From Marsupella aquatica (taxonomy: Eukaryota > Plantae > Marchantiophyta), in contig OZ316895.1 in the NCBI GenBank assembly GCA_973895155.1, positions 5,025,181-5,089,180 on the forward strand: a stretch of 64,000 nucleotides of DNA, read 5' to 3'. The position numbers and the translations under genes were made by a program. The notes under the pieces are model-generated. The model saw only the letters and a program-made list of their open reading frames with translations, did not search any database and was not told the origin of the DNA. Below, in pieces: positions 26,601 through 39,625 of this stretch (positions are counted from its first letter, which is position 1; every line of letters starts with the position of its first letter).

Positions 26601-27574
26601 GGAAAAAGTGCTCAAACGAGACCGCCAGTCCATTCAAATTACAGTTGAGCTGCTAGTTTCCACGAATTGAAGGGAATTAACGAGAATAACATATCGTAAT
26701 TTGTCAGCTACTACTGGACGACACGTACGCAATTGGCCTCCGGCCACTCTTCAGAAATGCGGTCGTAAGGTACTCATGTATACCCGTATTGGGACTTCTG
26801 GGATATATCTTTTATTAGGCACTTAACGTAGGCCGGTGCGTGGTCCAGGAAGATGATGGGCAATCATCTCACTTGAGGCTGTAAGCTTTTTGTTTGCGAA
26901 GTACTCCCTTCTCTAGGAACTGTAGCTGTCCCGGCCCGTTAGCAGTACAAAACAAAAGACGCAAGTCGTGACAGACATCATCCTCGCTGGACAAACTCAA
27001 GTCATTTTCTCCTGACCGGCCATCAGTCTTTCCTTTCAGAATCACCTCTCAGTCTCTCGCTCACCAACTAGCAAATGATCAAGCAGCAGCAGCATAGCGA
27101 AGAATCTAGCGACAAAATACCCTATGCATCACCCTTGTCTTCAACAAACAAAATCTTTATCTGTCCCCACTTTCCTCTTTGGGAGCGCATTGATACCCAT
27201 CATTCCATCATCGTGTACTGCATATATAAATGGGCTGCCTGTGATTACTCTCTCGGCATCTCAGTACAGTATCTATCGTCCTTGCCTCGTGGAGGCAGAT
27301 CAGCACTCCACCGCAGATGCCGGTTGCACTCTCGATTGGGCTCCTCCACCCCCGGTCCTTCTCTCTTCCTTTTTCCTTTCCTTTACCCAATCCATATTCT
27401 GCTCAACGCAATCTCATTCTTCGTTTACTCAGAGTCCACTACGGTACTCTCAGTCAGTCCTTCGGTACTCTCAGTCAATCCTTCGGTAGTGAGTCCACTC
27501 CTGTCATTCCTTTTTCTCCCAAAATTCACTAGTTCTCGAGTCAACGGATAATTCTTCGATTCTTATCGTCTAGA

Positions 27575-28445
27575 TTCGTTTTTTTGTGTTTTTTTTCTTG
27601 TCCACTCAATTTAATATTAATTAAATATTATTTTTTTAATACACATTCTCTAAATAAATAGGATTCTTTTTTTTTTTAATCTACATTTCCTTAACTTTTA
27701 AAAAATTTTATTTTAGAATAAAATTTATATAATTTTTCTATTATAAATATTATTTAAAGTTATTAATATTCATCCTCTTTAAAATTAGAATATAATAAGT
27801 TTATTTATATATTAATAATATTTTAAATATAAAATAAAATATGAGGATGAATTTTAATAACTTCTAAAATAATATATATAATAATATTTTAATAATATTT
27901 TAATAATATTGTAATAATATTTTATTATTAATATTATAAAATAATTTTTTATTTTGATAAATTTAATATTAAATAAAAATGTTTTATTAAATATTAAATA
28001 TTAAATATATATTTAAATTTATAATTATTTAAATATTTTTTATTAATTTAATAATATTCACAAATTGATAATATAAGAAATAAAATTATATATAAACCAA
28101 AAAAATATAAAAAATACTAATATTAAATTTAAAAATTATAATTTTTGAATTAATTCCAAAATATTCATTAGAAGAATCATAAATTTAGAAATAAAATTTT
28201 AAAATAAATTTTGAAAATAAATTAAAATATAAAATAATAATTAAAATATAAAAATATGATAGAAAGAAATTTTTTTATGAAATAATAATTATGAGTATGA
28301 AATTATAATAAAAAAAAAAATTTTGAAAAAATATTTATAAATATAAAATTATGATAAAATTTTTCTATGAAATAATAATTAAAAATAAAAAATTATGATA
28401 ATTTTTTATTTTCTTATTTATATTATTTAATTATGTTTTAATCAC
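27575..28445. other. Extreme AT-rich island
   Basis: ~870 bp almost devoid of G/C with sharp boundaries. Internal inverted pair 27757-27777 / 27843-27863. Confidence 0.9.
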
Positions 28446-30749
28446 TAGAAAACTATTCATTTGTGTTTCAATCACTACAAACAGATTTTCTATATTCTTG
28501 CTTTTGTATTCTTGGAACTCTGCCATGATCAATTTAATTTGAATTTTGAGTGCACCACCACCCTCACTAGAAAGGTTCACTCCCAGTCTCATTAGTATTG
28601 ATTCACTCACGAAGTACTTCTGGCTCAGGAGACATTTCCAAGAAATTTAGTCTTTGAGGCTGTTTACCTGGTTGTTTGCGAACTTCATCGTCCACTATTC
28701 CACATTCAGTGGGAGTACTTCTGACACACTACGGGATTGATACCGAATTCATTAACGGATACGAATTCGCGTTGTACAGTCAGGAGCTCGAGATGGGGAG
28801 TTCGGAATTGTTGCTCCTGTTATCACAGTTGTCAGTTTATTTGATGTTTGTGGGTTCGTGCAGTTAGTTTCTTCTTTTATGGTACTTGTTGATGAACAAG
28901 TTGCTCCTCAGGATCGGAATTTGGAAAATAGAAGATGGTTTTGAAAGACGTGCAGAGCAGGAGGATAATGAACACCTTCGCAGAATCTGACAACAACAGA
29001 GGCCTTCTGTTTCCTCCAGTTTTGTAAGCGCCAGGTACGCTCAGCCGCTCAGTACAAGTGGATTCCAAAGTCAGCAATTCAAACAGACGCTGCACTATTT
29101 CCTGAGAGCTAACTATGCAGCTGGCCCCATGAGCGATTTATGCTCGGCACCGTTCGTAGTCTACGAGACAGCTCCCCTCAATCTTCAGAGGCACACAGCT
29201 TTCATTCACACCAGAAGCTCCAATAAATTTGTCGTGTATACTATGGAACGTTTGCTGGACATACCAATACCCCCGACATTTTTGCTAACGAGCAAACTCC
29301 GTGTGAATGGATGCATGAAGCAAATTTCGTTCATTAGAAAGTAGAAACCCTTTGTTGGAAGATTACCGACGGTCTTTCAGATGTCTCTTTAGGATCGATG
29401 CATGCACTATCACTGGTTGATCCCTACCCCTAGACTTTGGTCTTTGAATGGTCAGGTTTATTTCTTCTGGCCCCCTATGATTCTAGTCATTGAATGATGA
29501 GTTTTACTCCGCCTGACCCCTATAATTTCGGACTTCGAAACGGTCAGCTTATTTTCAGCCTGGCTCCTATGGCCCTACGCTCACAGCATGATAAGTTGAG
29601 CTCAGACCCGGTCACCAGGGTTGCTATTACCGTAACCCATATCACAAATGACAAATTCTTCAACAGTTATAGATCAGGTAAATAAATGCTGTTCTTTAAT
29701 GGCAATACTTGCAAATCAAAGCTTTGTCCCTCACCTGAGAACACAACTATATCTTGTACCCCTGGCAAATCCACCATCTATGATAGAGTGCATCATGCTC
29801 GCTTCGGGTAAGCGAGCTCCACGTAAGCGTACATATCACATTGGCGCCAACACTGTGGCCACAATGTCTCAAATAGTATCTGATCTAACGGTGAGGGTGG
29901 TGCATCCACTTCGAGGTGAAGATCGCGAGTTGGGACAAGAGAAGCTTTCTGCACAAACTGCCCTGGTGACGCACAGATGGTCAGAATTGTACATAGTATA
30001 GCACCGTGCTTTGCAAACCTTAGTGTACCGGAACTCCGTATTGGCAATTTGTTTTGAAGCGGTGGAGGTTTATTAGAGATTTAGACCCGGTGTGACTCGC
30101 TTCCCCATGCCAATGGTTTCACAGTTCCCACCATAATTATCATTCTGCTTGGGTGGAAGCAGTACGGAGCATTTTTCTCGAGAAGCGGGTATTGAATTAA
30201 CTCAAGGCGACAAAGGTGGCCTGATCAAGTGCGAAAACCGAGGGGATTTTTGAGTACGCAATTATTGGAAAGGGTACAAGACTACAAGTACGACTTACCA
30301 CGTCGGCACGTACTGTCGGTCTTGCCTTCATGCATGCTGCATTGCTACTGCTCAGCTGCTAATAAAACACTCCTTGTTATACGGAAGGTCAGAACTCTGA
30401 CTCAGAATGATAAAACAAATCCCGAGAACATACAATCATCCATCCTCAACTCCAATGCTTCTAGTGCATCATTCTGCGTCGATTTCGACCAATGTAGTAC
30501 TACTCTGCTGCTTGGAGAAACTGCATCAATATGGTTGGCAGGGCAAGAAAGAGTCCCTATTTATCAGATCTCGTGAAGGTCGCAAACTGTCCACAAACTG
30601 ACTCTCTCTTGCCCTGCAACCATAGTTTGCAAACGGTTGGCAAGAAAGGTTGGCAAGAAAGGTCCGTTGCTTGGCCTATGCCAAGAGTTGTGTAGCTAAG
30701 CGCACTTGGTCGGGGACAAGCTTCAAAGACTCTAAGCTTGTCATGATAT

Positions 30750-33700
30750 CTATGTTCCTCCGTCGAGGCCAAAGAACACTTTCATTTTGTTGACCTCCGG
30801 CCACTTTGATGGTCGGACCTGGTACACTTTGATATTGTCGATGCTATGGCGTTCAGAGGCAGAAAGCTTCAGCAGGCCACATTCATTTGACGATCGATTC
30901 AGAGGCTTACCATTCATAATGATGAGTATGTGACTATACGTTGTTTTCTACCAATTTGAAAAGTTTGATAAAAGAGTCACATTCAGGTCCCATGGAATCC
31001 CATAACCTCTCATTGTCAACAGTCAAGAATGAATTGAAGGCTTTCCCATACTATATTCTGCACTCTTGGGAGCCCTTGGGAGAGCACTTTTTCTAGAGTT
31101 TAATTTAGACACAGTTGTAGTACAAAATAGTTAAATTGCACTGCATCTTGCCTTCCTAGGTAGGAAAGTTATGGACATTTGAGCAGAATAGGTTCTCGAA
31201 GTGCCACATGATGGATTTTGTAACAAGAACTAGAATCTCATACCACTGAATTTGGCAACGACTTGCCCGTTAGTAGATAGTCACTAAGAGTTTAATTATT
31301 TAATTGATTAACATGGATAAGGGTGCTAGAAATTAGATACTTTTCTCAATTCAACTAGGTGCGGAAACGAATAAGTGCCTGAAGTTGGTGAAACTGCGTA
31401 AACACTTACAATGAGAGGTTCTTCAAGACTGAAATGGGTAAAGAGGAAAATAATAGGTAAAAGTAAACCTACAGTGTGCAACCAAGTGAAAGGAGGCTCC
31501 AAACCATTTTACAACTATGAGTACTAGCAGAGAGATAGATTTGATTCAAAGCATTCTTTAAGTTTCTGTCAAAAGCAGGTTGCATGAGTAAAAACTATTC
31601 AAACTTTTGCATAAAACACTTTCCAGTCCTTCCCAGAAACCTGTTTGAGAGAATTACATGTCCACAATATGTACGTCAGCAAGATTGTGCAAGTAAGGTA
31701 AACATAAGGAAACAAGGTTGTTCCTGACAAAACTATTTTGTATAGCATATGTGACACTTGTCTATCGTTCCAACTCTTTAGCAAGTGTTAGTTCTCATTG
31801 CCCCCTTCTTTCAAAATTCCAACAATCTTTAAGTGTTGCCCATCTAGGGAACACTCAAAAGCCTGTAGCTTCGCAGTCCACAACTCCTCCCAACAAGAAT
31901 GCTTCTTATTCCTGAATGAGGTCTAGGTATCCCAAGAATCCAGGAATTGATCCATCATGGAAAGCTTCAACCAATACATGAGACTGCAATACCAGTCTTT
32001 CAAATGAAGAGCGAGCTTTTAATGCCTTCCAAGAAGCCAATCCTAGCTAAAACAATTCCCTGACAGATGAACCAAACCCTAAACTTGTAACCCAGGCAAG
32101 CTAGAGAAGAGACGGAAAGAGACACTTCACTATGACAATCAATCAGTAAAAGTCTCCGGAAGGGAGAAGAAGCTAAGGTTCTTCCAATGCAATGCATAAT
32201 CAGAGTGACAATCATTTAGACAATCTTATTCCTTTCGGCGTCAAGCATTGAGTCCTTCGGTAGGCAATTTGAGCTCGCTTGCTGGTGATATGACAATCTC
32301 AGGAATATTGGACACTTGATCTGACTCAAAACCTACCAACCCAATATGTCCGGCAAAATTGGGCAAGCTACATACCAAATATTCATAATTGCTAAAGCTC
32401 TGTCAGTGAAGTGTAGCTATATGTAGGGTTATATGCGTTACAGTTCAATAAATTAGTTTGGAAAGATGAGCCTTGAAGTAATACCAATACCAGTATTGAC
32501 AGCAGTAAACCCTAAAATCTCTTCCTCTACTTTAATTAATGGACGGTAGGCTCAAGTTGGATATGTGTTAGTATTTCAAGTACTCACCAATTCAAGGGAC
32601 ATGTCCAGTGATGTTCCTAACCCGATGAGCTTCCGTGCGTCTTTCAGTGCCCATAGTTCTGACCAGCGTTTTGGTCATGCTCAGCTAGAATTAACCATCA
32701 AGTGTAGGGAGTCTGGAGTCAAGCCATCAGGGATGTGGATCGTATGTACAGGTGCAAAACACAGCTCAAGTAACTTCTCCCTCACATCATTTCTGCATGG
32801 TACTGGACACAACATAATTTATGGAAGAAGATAAAAAGGGGAAATCAACATATATTGGGTACTGTAAAGAAGGTTCGCTGGATTTATCTTGTCACTGATT
32901 CTAGATAATCCAAAAGAGTTTATCTCCAAGCAGATTAAGCCAGGGCGAGGAATTAGGTTGTTTACATGGTCTTTCTCTCTGAAGTGCACGTACAAAATTG
33001 GGACCGAAGATGTAGATGTCAGAATTTGAACTTGTCCAGAGCTAGTGTACCTAAGAAATCCACATCAAAGTTTTTTTTACTCACCTGTCGATCAGTTAAG
33101 TAGACGGACAGTACACCTACTGAGCTGAAGTCGTGTCGATCTAGCCTTCTCCGTCCACAGATCTCTGGGTTAAGGCAAATGTTCAAGTTCTAGTTAGAAT
33201 CAGACTTTAGCCGTCGGTCATGACACCAGTACAAGCCAGGAGTTTTCATCAAAAATCAAACTCGTTTATGCTTACTATAGGCAGTGTCTCGACAATATGC
33301 TAAGTCTAATCAGAAGGAAAATGGTGCGCTTAAGAGTTTAGATCAACCTGAAGTCCATGATTCAAGCTTTGGGCCACCATGTGGAAAAAAGTGCCCTTCA
33401 AAGGAACCTCACCACATTGATCACTCTTGCTCCCTTGCTGTATAGCAACAAAACTAGGCCTTCGAAGCCTAACCTCAATGCCAGCTTAGTTGCCATAGTT
33501 GGTGAGTTCACTTAGAATTCTGGCACTTTGCCCATTTATATATGATTTATTTTATGATATTTATAAAAAACCCAACTCACGATCCACATCATGGCTCTTG
33601 TCTACTCCAAATCCTGGCTCCAGAAAGCTAGCCTGGCGTTGATGCAGAGTGAACAAAATCATCTATTGATCAGCGACAGTCATGGTGAGTCCCATGAAAT

Positions 33701-33967
33701 GGACCCCACTGGTTCTAGATCGATACAACAATCCTTCTAAGGCAAGTGAACTATGGGAAATATATATTGGCAGCGGCAGCGTGCACTTCATGTGTAATCT
33801 TACAACAGTGTGAACTGCTAGGAAGGGAAACCAATGCTCCCGCATGCAAAGCCAGTCTTATGCGAGGACTTCAAGAAAGACTGCTGAGCTCAGCTGATGC
33901 ACGAAGTTGCCACACATCCACTTTCCTGGTACAATGCAAGCATGTTACATGACAATTTTAAATTCAT
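30750..33967 (-). pseudogene. NLR pseudogene copy 1 (alpha), most of NB-ARC deleted
   Basis: Reverse complement of copy 3 except for a ~1.5 kb deletion at ~32510-32520. LRR remnants LTYILWTCNSLKQVSG (ORF 31599-31784) and PFRRLLLIDCHSEVSLSVSSL (ORF 32000-32215). Confidence 0.8.
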
Positions 33968-34392
33968 GGACAGTACAAGAGAGACAAGATCCACCAAAGG
34001 GAGGCAAGCTACTGTACCCTATGAGGACACAAATCTGTGGGGAGCCCTTGGGCAGTTTTGGGCCCTCTCTAAGTTTGTTTTATTGTTAAACAAAATCAAA
34101 TAAAACCTATTGAGGTATGGTGGGAACAATATATCGATCCCACCAGTTACCACCGATCCCATTGGTATCCATCAACGACCCACAAGGTGACCAATGAAAT
34201 CAACCTAATTTGCATCAACTCACATGTTAAGGTTGGCTCAATTACACGGATGGTATTTACTCTCTCTCTCGCCCCCATCCCCCCAAGCCTTTTATATTTA
34301 GCCTCTTTAAATCATGATTTAAATTTTCTTTTTTTGGTTACACAGAAGTCAAACATGCAAAGAGAATGAGGTCTTTCAGGAAGCTCTCGCAT

Positions 34393-37300
34393 GTCGCCTC
34401 CACTTCGTCACCCACAGAGCTCGAATTTCACAGAAAGCATCTCCTACTCTGTAAAACCAGGTTACAGAAGCAAGACGTGAGTTAGCATCCTATCCAACTG
34501 ACTTCAGCAACGGCTTGCCCCGTTAGTAGATAGTCAGTACGAGTTAAGCAGTTTAATTGATTACAATAGACAATGGTGCTGGAAATTACAAACCTTATCG
34601 CAACGTAGACTGCAGGAAACGAATGACTGCCACATATAAATCATTAACTACGTAAAATCTAGAGTGCCATGTGTAAACAGACATGAAGAGCTTAAATAAA
34701 CTTTGAGAGTGTCCAGTACAACACAATTAGACAGTACACTCGCACATTTTACGGCGGTGAAATTGTACAAAAAAAAATCGAAAAGAAGTTTATATTTGAC
34801 AGAAAAAGTGTTATTTAGAACTTTCGCTTTTAACACTTACAGTCCTCGCCAGATATCTGTTCCAATTGAAGAATGTAGGGTCCACTGCATGTCTGCAAGG
34901 TCGTAAAAGGCAAACAGCAGAAAAACCTTCAGGATTACATTTCCTAGCTAGGACTGTTTCTCCTCCTGTTTGCCTTTTAATTACAGATTCCCCGTCGGTC
35001 CTAGACAACATTCTCACTTGAGTTGAGCACCATATTCTCGGAATATCTCATGATCACAATAACGCAACACCTCTTTAATTACCCGAGTTTTAATCGTTAG
35101 CATTACCCCTCAAGGGAACACTCAAAAGTAGCCTCGCAGTACGTCTGAAGCTCCTCCCAACATGAATTATTTTTTCCTGAGGTCTAGCCATCCCAAGAAT
35201 TAAAGAATGATGGAAGCCTCAAAAGATGAAAATATTATCCCAGTCTTTCAAGTGGTTGTCCATCTCTGATTTTCTTCAGAAACGCCAACCGACAAAAAAC
35301 TCCCTCACAGATGGAGTACAATCTGGAGTAAGACAAAAATTGTCCCAAAAATATATTGTACTATACCCGGAGAGATTGAAGAGAGGGAAACAGATTGAAC
35401 CTTTACTTTGACAATCAATCAGTAAGCTCTGCAAAGGAGAGGACAGGTGTTCTTCCAATGAAAAACAGGATCAGAGCGACGAACTTATTCACATAGAGCC
35501 CTTGAGTAGGCAATCTGAGCACGCTCAATAATGCTAGGCACACGACAAGCTCAGGTAATGTTGGTCACTTGATCTAACTCCAAAAAGTACCGACCCAGTT
35601 TCAAAACTGTGTCAGTAAAGTATAGATTTATACTTTGCAGTTTCAGTAAGTTGGCCTTCCAAGATGAGCCTGGAAGTGATGGCAAAACCTCCTTCGCATC
35701 AAATTAAAATTGAAAGCAGTTGTCAACACATAGACTGTCTGTCTGCCCCGATTAAACAAGTGAAGTCATTAAACAGCCTCACCAGCTCATTCGTGTATCG
35801 ATATATGCGGGAAGAGCATACAAACAGCCAACATGACTCCGGATACTGAAGAATTTCTTGGACCGGCTCTTAAATCTGTCATGTCTGCTGTAGGGATGTG
35901 CAAATTGGAAGCTCTTAATAGCAGGCTGCTCGGTCTGGAACTAATCCCTAGAATTCTTCAATACAAGACTTTGGAGCAAAGGCTTCAGTAAAACAGGTAT
36001 GATCACTCCAAATGACCTAGACGAGGATAATAACAAACCACCGCCGTTTTTCGTTACCCCTCACCGCCCCTCAGTGGTAAACTGTCCAACTTCTAGAGGC
36101 GTACGCAATTTGTCCGTGCTCGGGAAAGCTCGATAGTGTTAGAGGAGCTGCCTTTTCACAACTGGGTATCGAGTGTTATATTGTTGTTTGTGGTGTCTGA
36201 ATTCAATACGTTGCGCATCAAACATGATCTGGACCTAACCCAGCAAAATAACAGACGCGGGCTACCAACTTCTTAATAAGTAGCATACAGACTAATGTAG
36301 ATGGCTAGAATGGCGCTGGCAAACAGCCTGCCCCGATTTTGAACGTAACCCAAACCAACCTCAGTTGTGTGAACGAATACTCCCCAGTACCCACATGATC
36401 AAGGTGGATACTAACCCGTAAAATGCGTGGATGTCGAATCAGCTACAACTCTCTATACATGAAAGAGTAATCACAGTGAGCTTACATAAAGATGGCAATT
36501 GGAAGACGCACAACGAAAATTGCTGTACTCACTATTTTCTTCGGTGTCTGTAGTCCAAGTTACACAATTCAAGCTTTCAAGATGAACTATCTGGACCGAG
36601 ATCTTTTGGCCTGGCCGGGACTCTGTGAGCAAGCTTCTAAGTCGACGGAGATAATTAACGTCCGGTCACATGAATTATCCCAAGGGTGATATGAAGAGAT
36701 CTAATGTCAGTGAGTTCTAGTTACAAAGACGATAACTTCACGTTGATTGAGCAAAGAGCTTGCATCTTGACTGTTCTTGCGTCAGAGAAAGCAGCTGCAG
36801 CTTCGTTCTGAGAGGTATCCTGCCACCCTGACTTATAATGCATACCGCCTAATTACATTGATTTCTTAGTCATCACATGTGTCTTATTTTGGAAGCTTTT
36901 ATTTGAGTACTTTAATGGACGGCAGGCCCAAGCTGGGTCTGGGTTAGTTTGAAGTCGTGATGCTGAGCAAGACCACCTTATCCGGGATACGCCTAGTGAT
37001 GTACTGTCGACCCCACAAGCTGCGATGTAGTTTTTGCATTGTAAATATTCCATCGTTTTAGTCAAAGCCTCAGTTAGAATGGACTATCAAAACCGAGAAG
37101 TCAAGCGAACGTTGTTCAGGATTTTTAGGTGCAGGTACAAAGACAGATTAAAGTAAGTTCTCCCTCATGATGATTTTGGAGTATTCTGAAAGGACCTCAG
37201 CTCTCTGGTAGTAGTTACAGCATCTATGGAAGCAAAATTGGGGGCGAAGTCAACATAGGGTACCTTCCTGGATTAACCTTGTGGACAAGCGGTGAGCTAA

Positions 37301-38413
37301 TTGTTTTGTCTGAGTGGAGACACTTCTGATTCTAGAAAATTCGAAACAGTTTCTCGCCAAGCAAAGGCTAGGGCGAGGAATTACTGTAGGTCCTTTACAT
37401 GATTCTTTCTCTCGTTATGGGTACGTATGAAATTGGGAAGTTGTAAACTACTGTTAGAATTCAAACATGCCCAGATTAAAGATGACGTATACACGAAATG
37501 CACATCAAAGTTTTCTTTCCTCACCTGTTGATCAGTTCACCGTGTGCCCTCAGGTGTGCCATGACAAAAACCTAAGTCGGCTTGATCAACGTAATCTACA
37601 ATCTCCGTTCACAGACCTATGGGTTGAGACATGCAAGTTAAAGTCAGACTCAGACTTTATAGTGGTCATGTCACACCAGTACAAGGTAGGACTTTTCATA
37701 AAAAATCAAACCCGTTGTTGCTCTACTATATAATCACAGTATCGACGAAATCAGAAGGAAATGGTGCTCACCCGAGTTTAGATGAATTGACTTGAAGACT
37801 ATGATTCAAGAGTCGGGCCACTAAGTGGAAGACGGTGACCTCCAAAGGAACTTCACCACATCGATCACTCTTCAAGCAAAGAAACTAATCCTTCGAAGCC
37901 GCAAAGCCACCTTGCCACAGTTGGTGAGTTTGTTGAGAATTCTGGCAGTCTGCTCATGTTTGTATGATCGTTTATGATCCATAAAATTCCAACTCGCGAT
38001 CCTTCCTCGATGCAATAGACAATCTACTCTTACCAGCAAAATGAACGGTCTTGCCTGCTCTAAATCCTGTTCCGGAAAACTCGCGCAGGAAAACATTTTC
38101 TATCAATCGGCAACCAACAAGGTGGCCAAGAAATCACACCGGTTCCATATCCATACAATCATCATCCTTCCAAGGCAAGTGAAGCACGGGGAGTATAGGT
38201 GACAGCAGCGTGCATCTGATGGGTAGATAACTACAGGAGTCTTGCACGACGATGTGAAGGGAAACCATGGCAAGATCGGAGCTAGTTTTCCAGCGCTACC
38301 TGAAACGCTGAGCTCAGCTGGTGGACAAAGTTGGCACACCATCACTTTCAACGGTGTCCGTGCAATGCAAACGTGTTACACAGCAACAGCGCTCTAAACA
38401 TAACAATGAACAT
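34393..38413 (-). pseudogene. NLR pseudogene copy 2 (beta)
   Basis: Reverse complement of copy 5 and colinear with, but more diverged from, the alpha copies (e.g. DLEQARPFILLVRVDCLLHRGRIASW vs DLEQARAMMWLVRADSLLRSRRIVSW). Confidence 0.75.
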
Positions 38414-39625
38414 TTTCAGGATTAAAAAAACGCGTGAACAGTACAACGGGGACAAGATCCACTTAACAATCCAATTAGAATCGACCAAGGGTAACCAGCA
38501 ACCTAGCATAATTATGATGAGACCAACTCTGTGGCAATCGTACCATTCTCACATGTTCTCAGGTTGAAGTAAATTGGTCAATTTATGTTTGATTTTCAAG
38601 GATAGTTGCAATGCTTGTTTTGTCTGTCAGGTGTCTTTAATTACATACACCAAGTCTACATACGTATTGGTGAATTTTTGTCCGAACTACATTTAAAATG
38701 AGTTGTTATGATGTAATTATTATGGATGGATGGATTTCCTTTCTCCCGGCAACCCTGGAATGAATCACAATTTTAGGGAAACTAAATTAATCCCCTTTGC
38801 AATCTCCAAAATCAATTTTTGAAATCCCCACCGCCGATCTCTTATTTGTCTCGAAGCTTATTGCTTCCATGTTTGCCTCTCCAAGGACTGAACTTGTCTT
38901 CATTAAACCCCAAATATTAATGATTGTTTTGAGATTCTATGTTCCAAGGATCAAATTCTCTTTGCATGTCATGTCTGGAGGTAACTGCACATCCAAATGT
39001 GACATATATTATGTACAACATCTCTACATACAGTGATAATCCTAGTTTGTTTTTTTCAATCAATCAATGTAGTCACATTTTGATGTGTGATTACCAGCAC
39101 GTCATGTGTGCCTCTCCAAGGACTGAACTTCTTTAAATCCCAATATTAATGATTGTTTTGTGATTCTATGATCAAATTCTCTTTGCATGTTTGACATGCG
39201 AGAACTTCCTGAAAGACCTCATTCTCTTTTGCATGTTTGACTTTTGTGTAACAAAACAAAGAAATTCTAAATTATGATTTGAAGAGGCTAAATATAAATA
39301 TAAAAGAGAGGAGGGGGGGGGGGGGGGGAAGAGACTAAATACCATCTCCCCTCATTGAGCCAACTATAACATGTGACTTGATGCAAATTAGGTTGATTTC
39401 ATTGGTCACCTTGGGGGTGGTTGATGGATACCAATGGGATTAGTTGTGACCGGTGGGATTGATCTATTGTTCCCACCATACCTCCATACTTTTTATTTGA
39501 TTTAGTTTAACTTACAATAAAACAAACTTAGAGAGGGCGCCCAAGGGGCTCCTTGCAGATTTATGTCCTCATACGGTAGAGTAGCTTGCCTCCCTTTGTT
39601 GTATCTTGTCTCTCTTGTACTGTCC
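38414..39625. promoter_or_regulatory. Divergent intergenic region between copies 2 and 3 (mirrored at 45734-46857)
   Basis: Lies between the inferred 5' ends of two oppositely oriented NLR remnants. Contains tataaatataaa (~39293), a TTGACT W-box core (~39237), a long G run (~39312-39328) and two ~100-bp internal repeats. Confidence 0.5.

Noticed and set aside
28560-30690. Coding-like stretch left of the NLR cluster
   Set aside because: Short ORFs in several frames with no motif I can recognise.
36492-36689. Identical 65-aa ORFs (also 48637-48834) as a conserved small protein
   Set aside because: Identity simply reflects the perfect DNA tract, and the ORF is antisense to the NB-ARC remnant.
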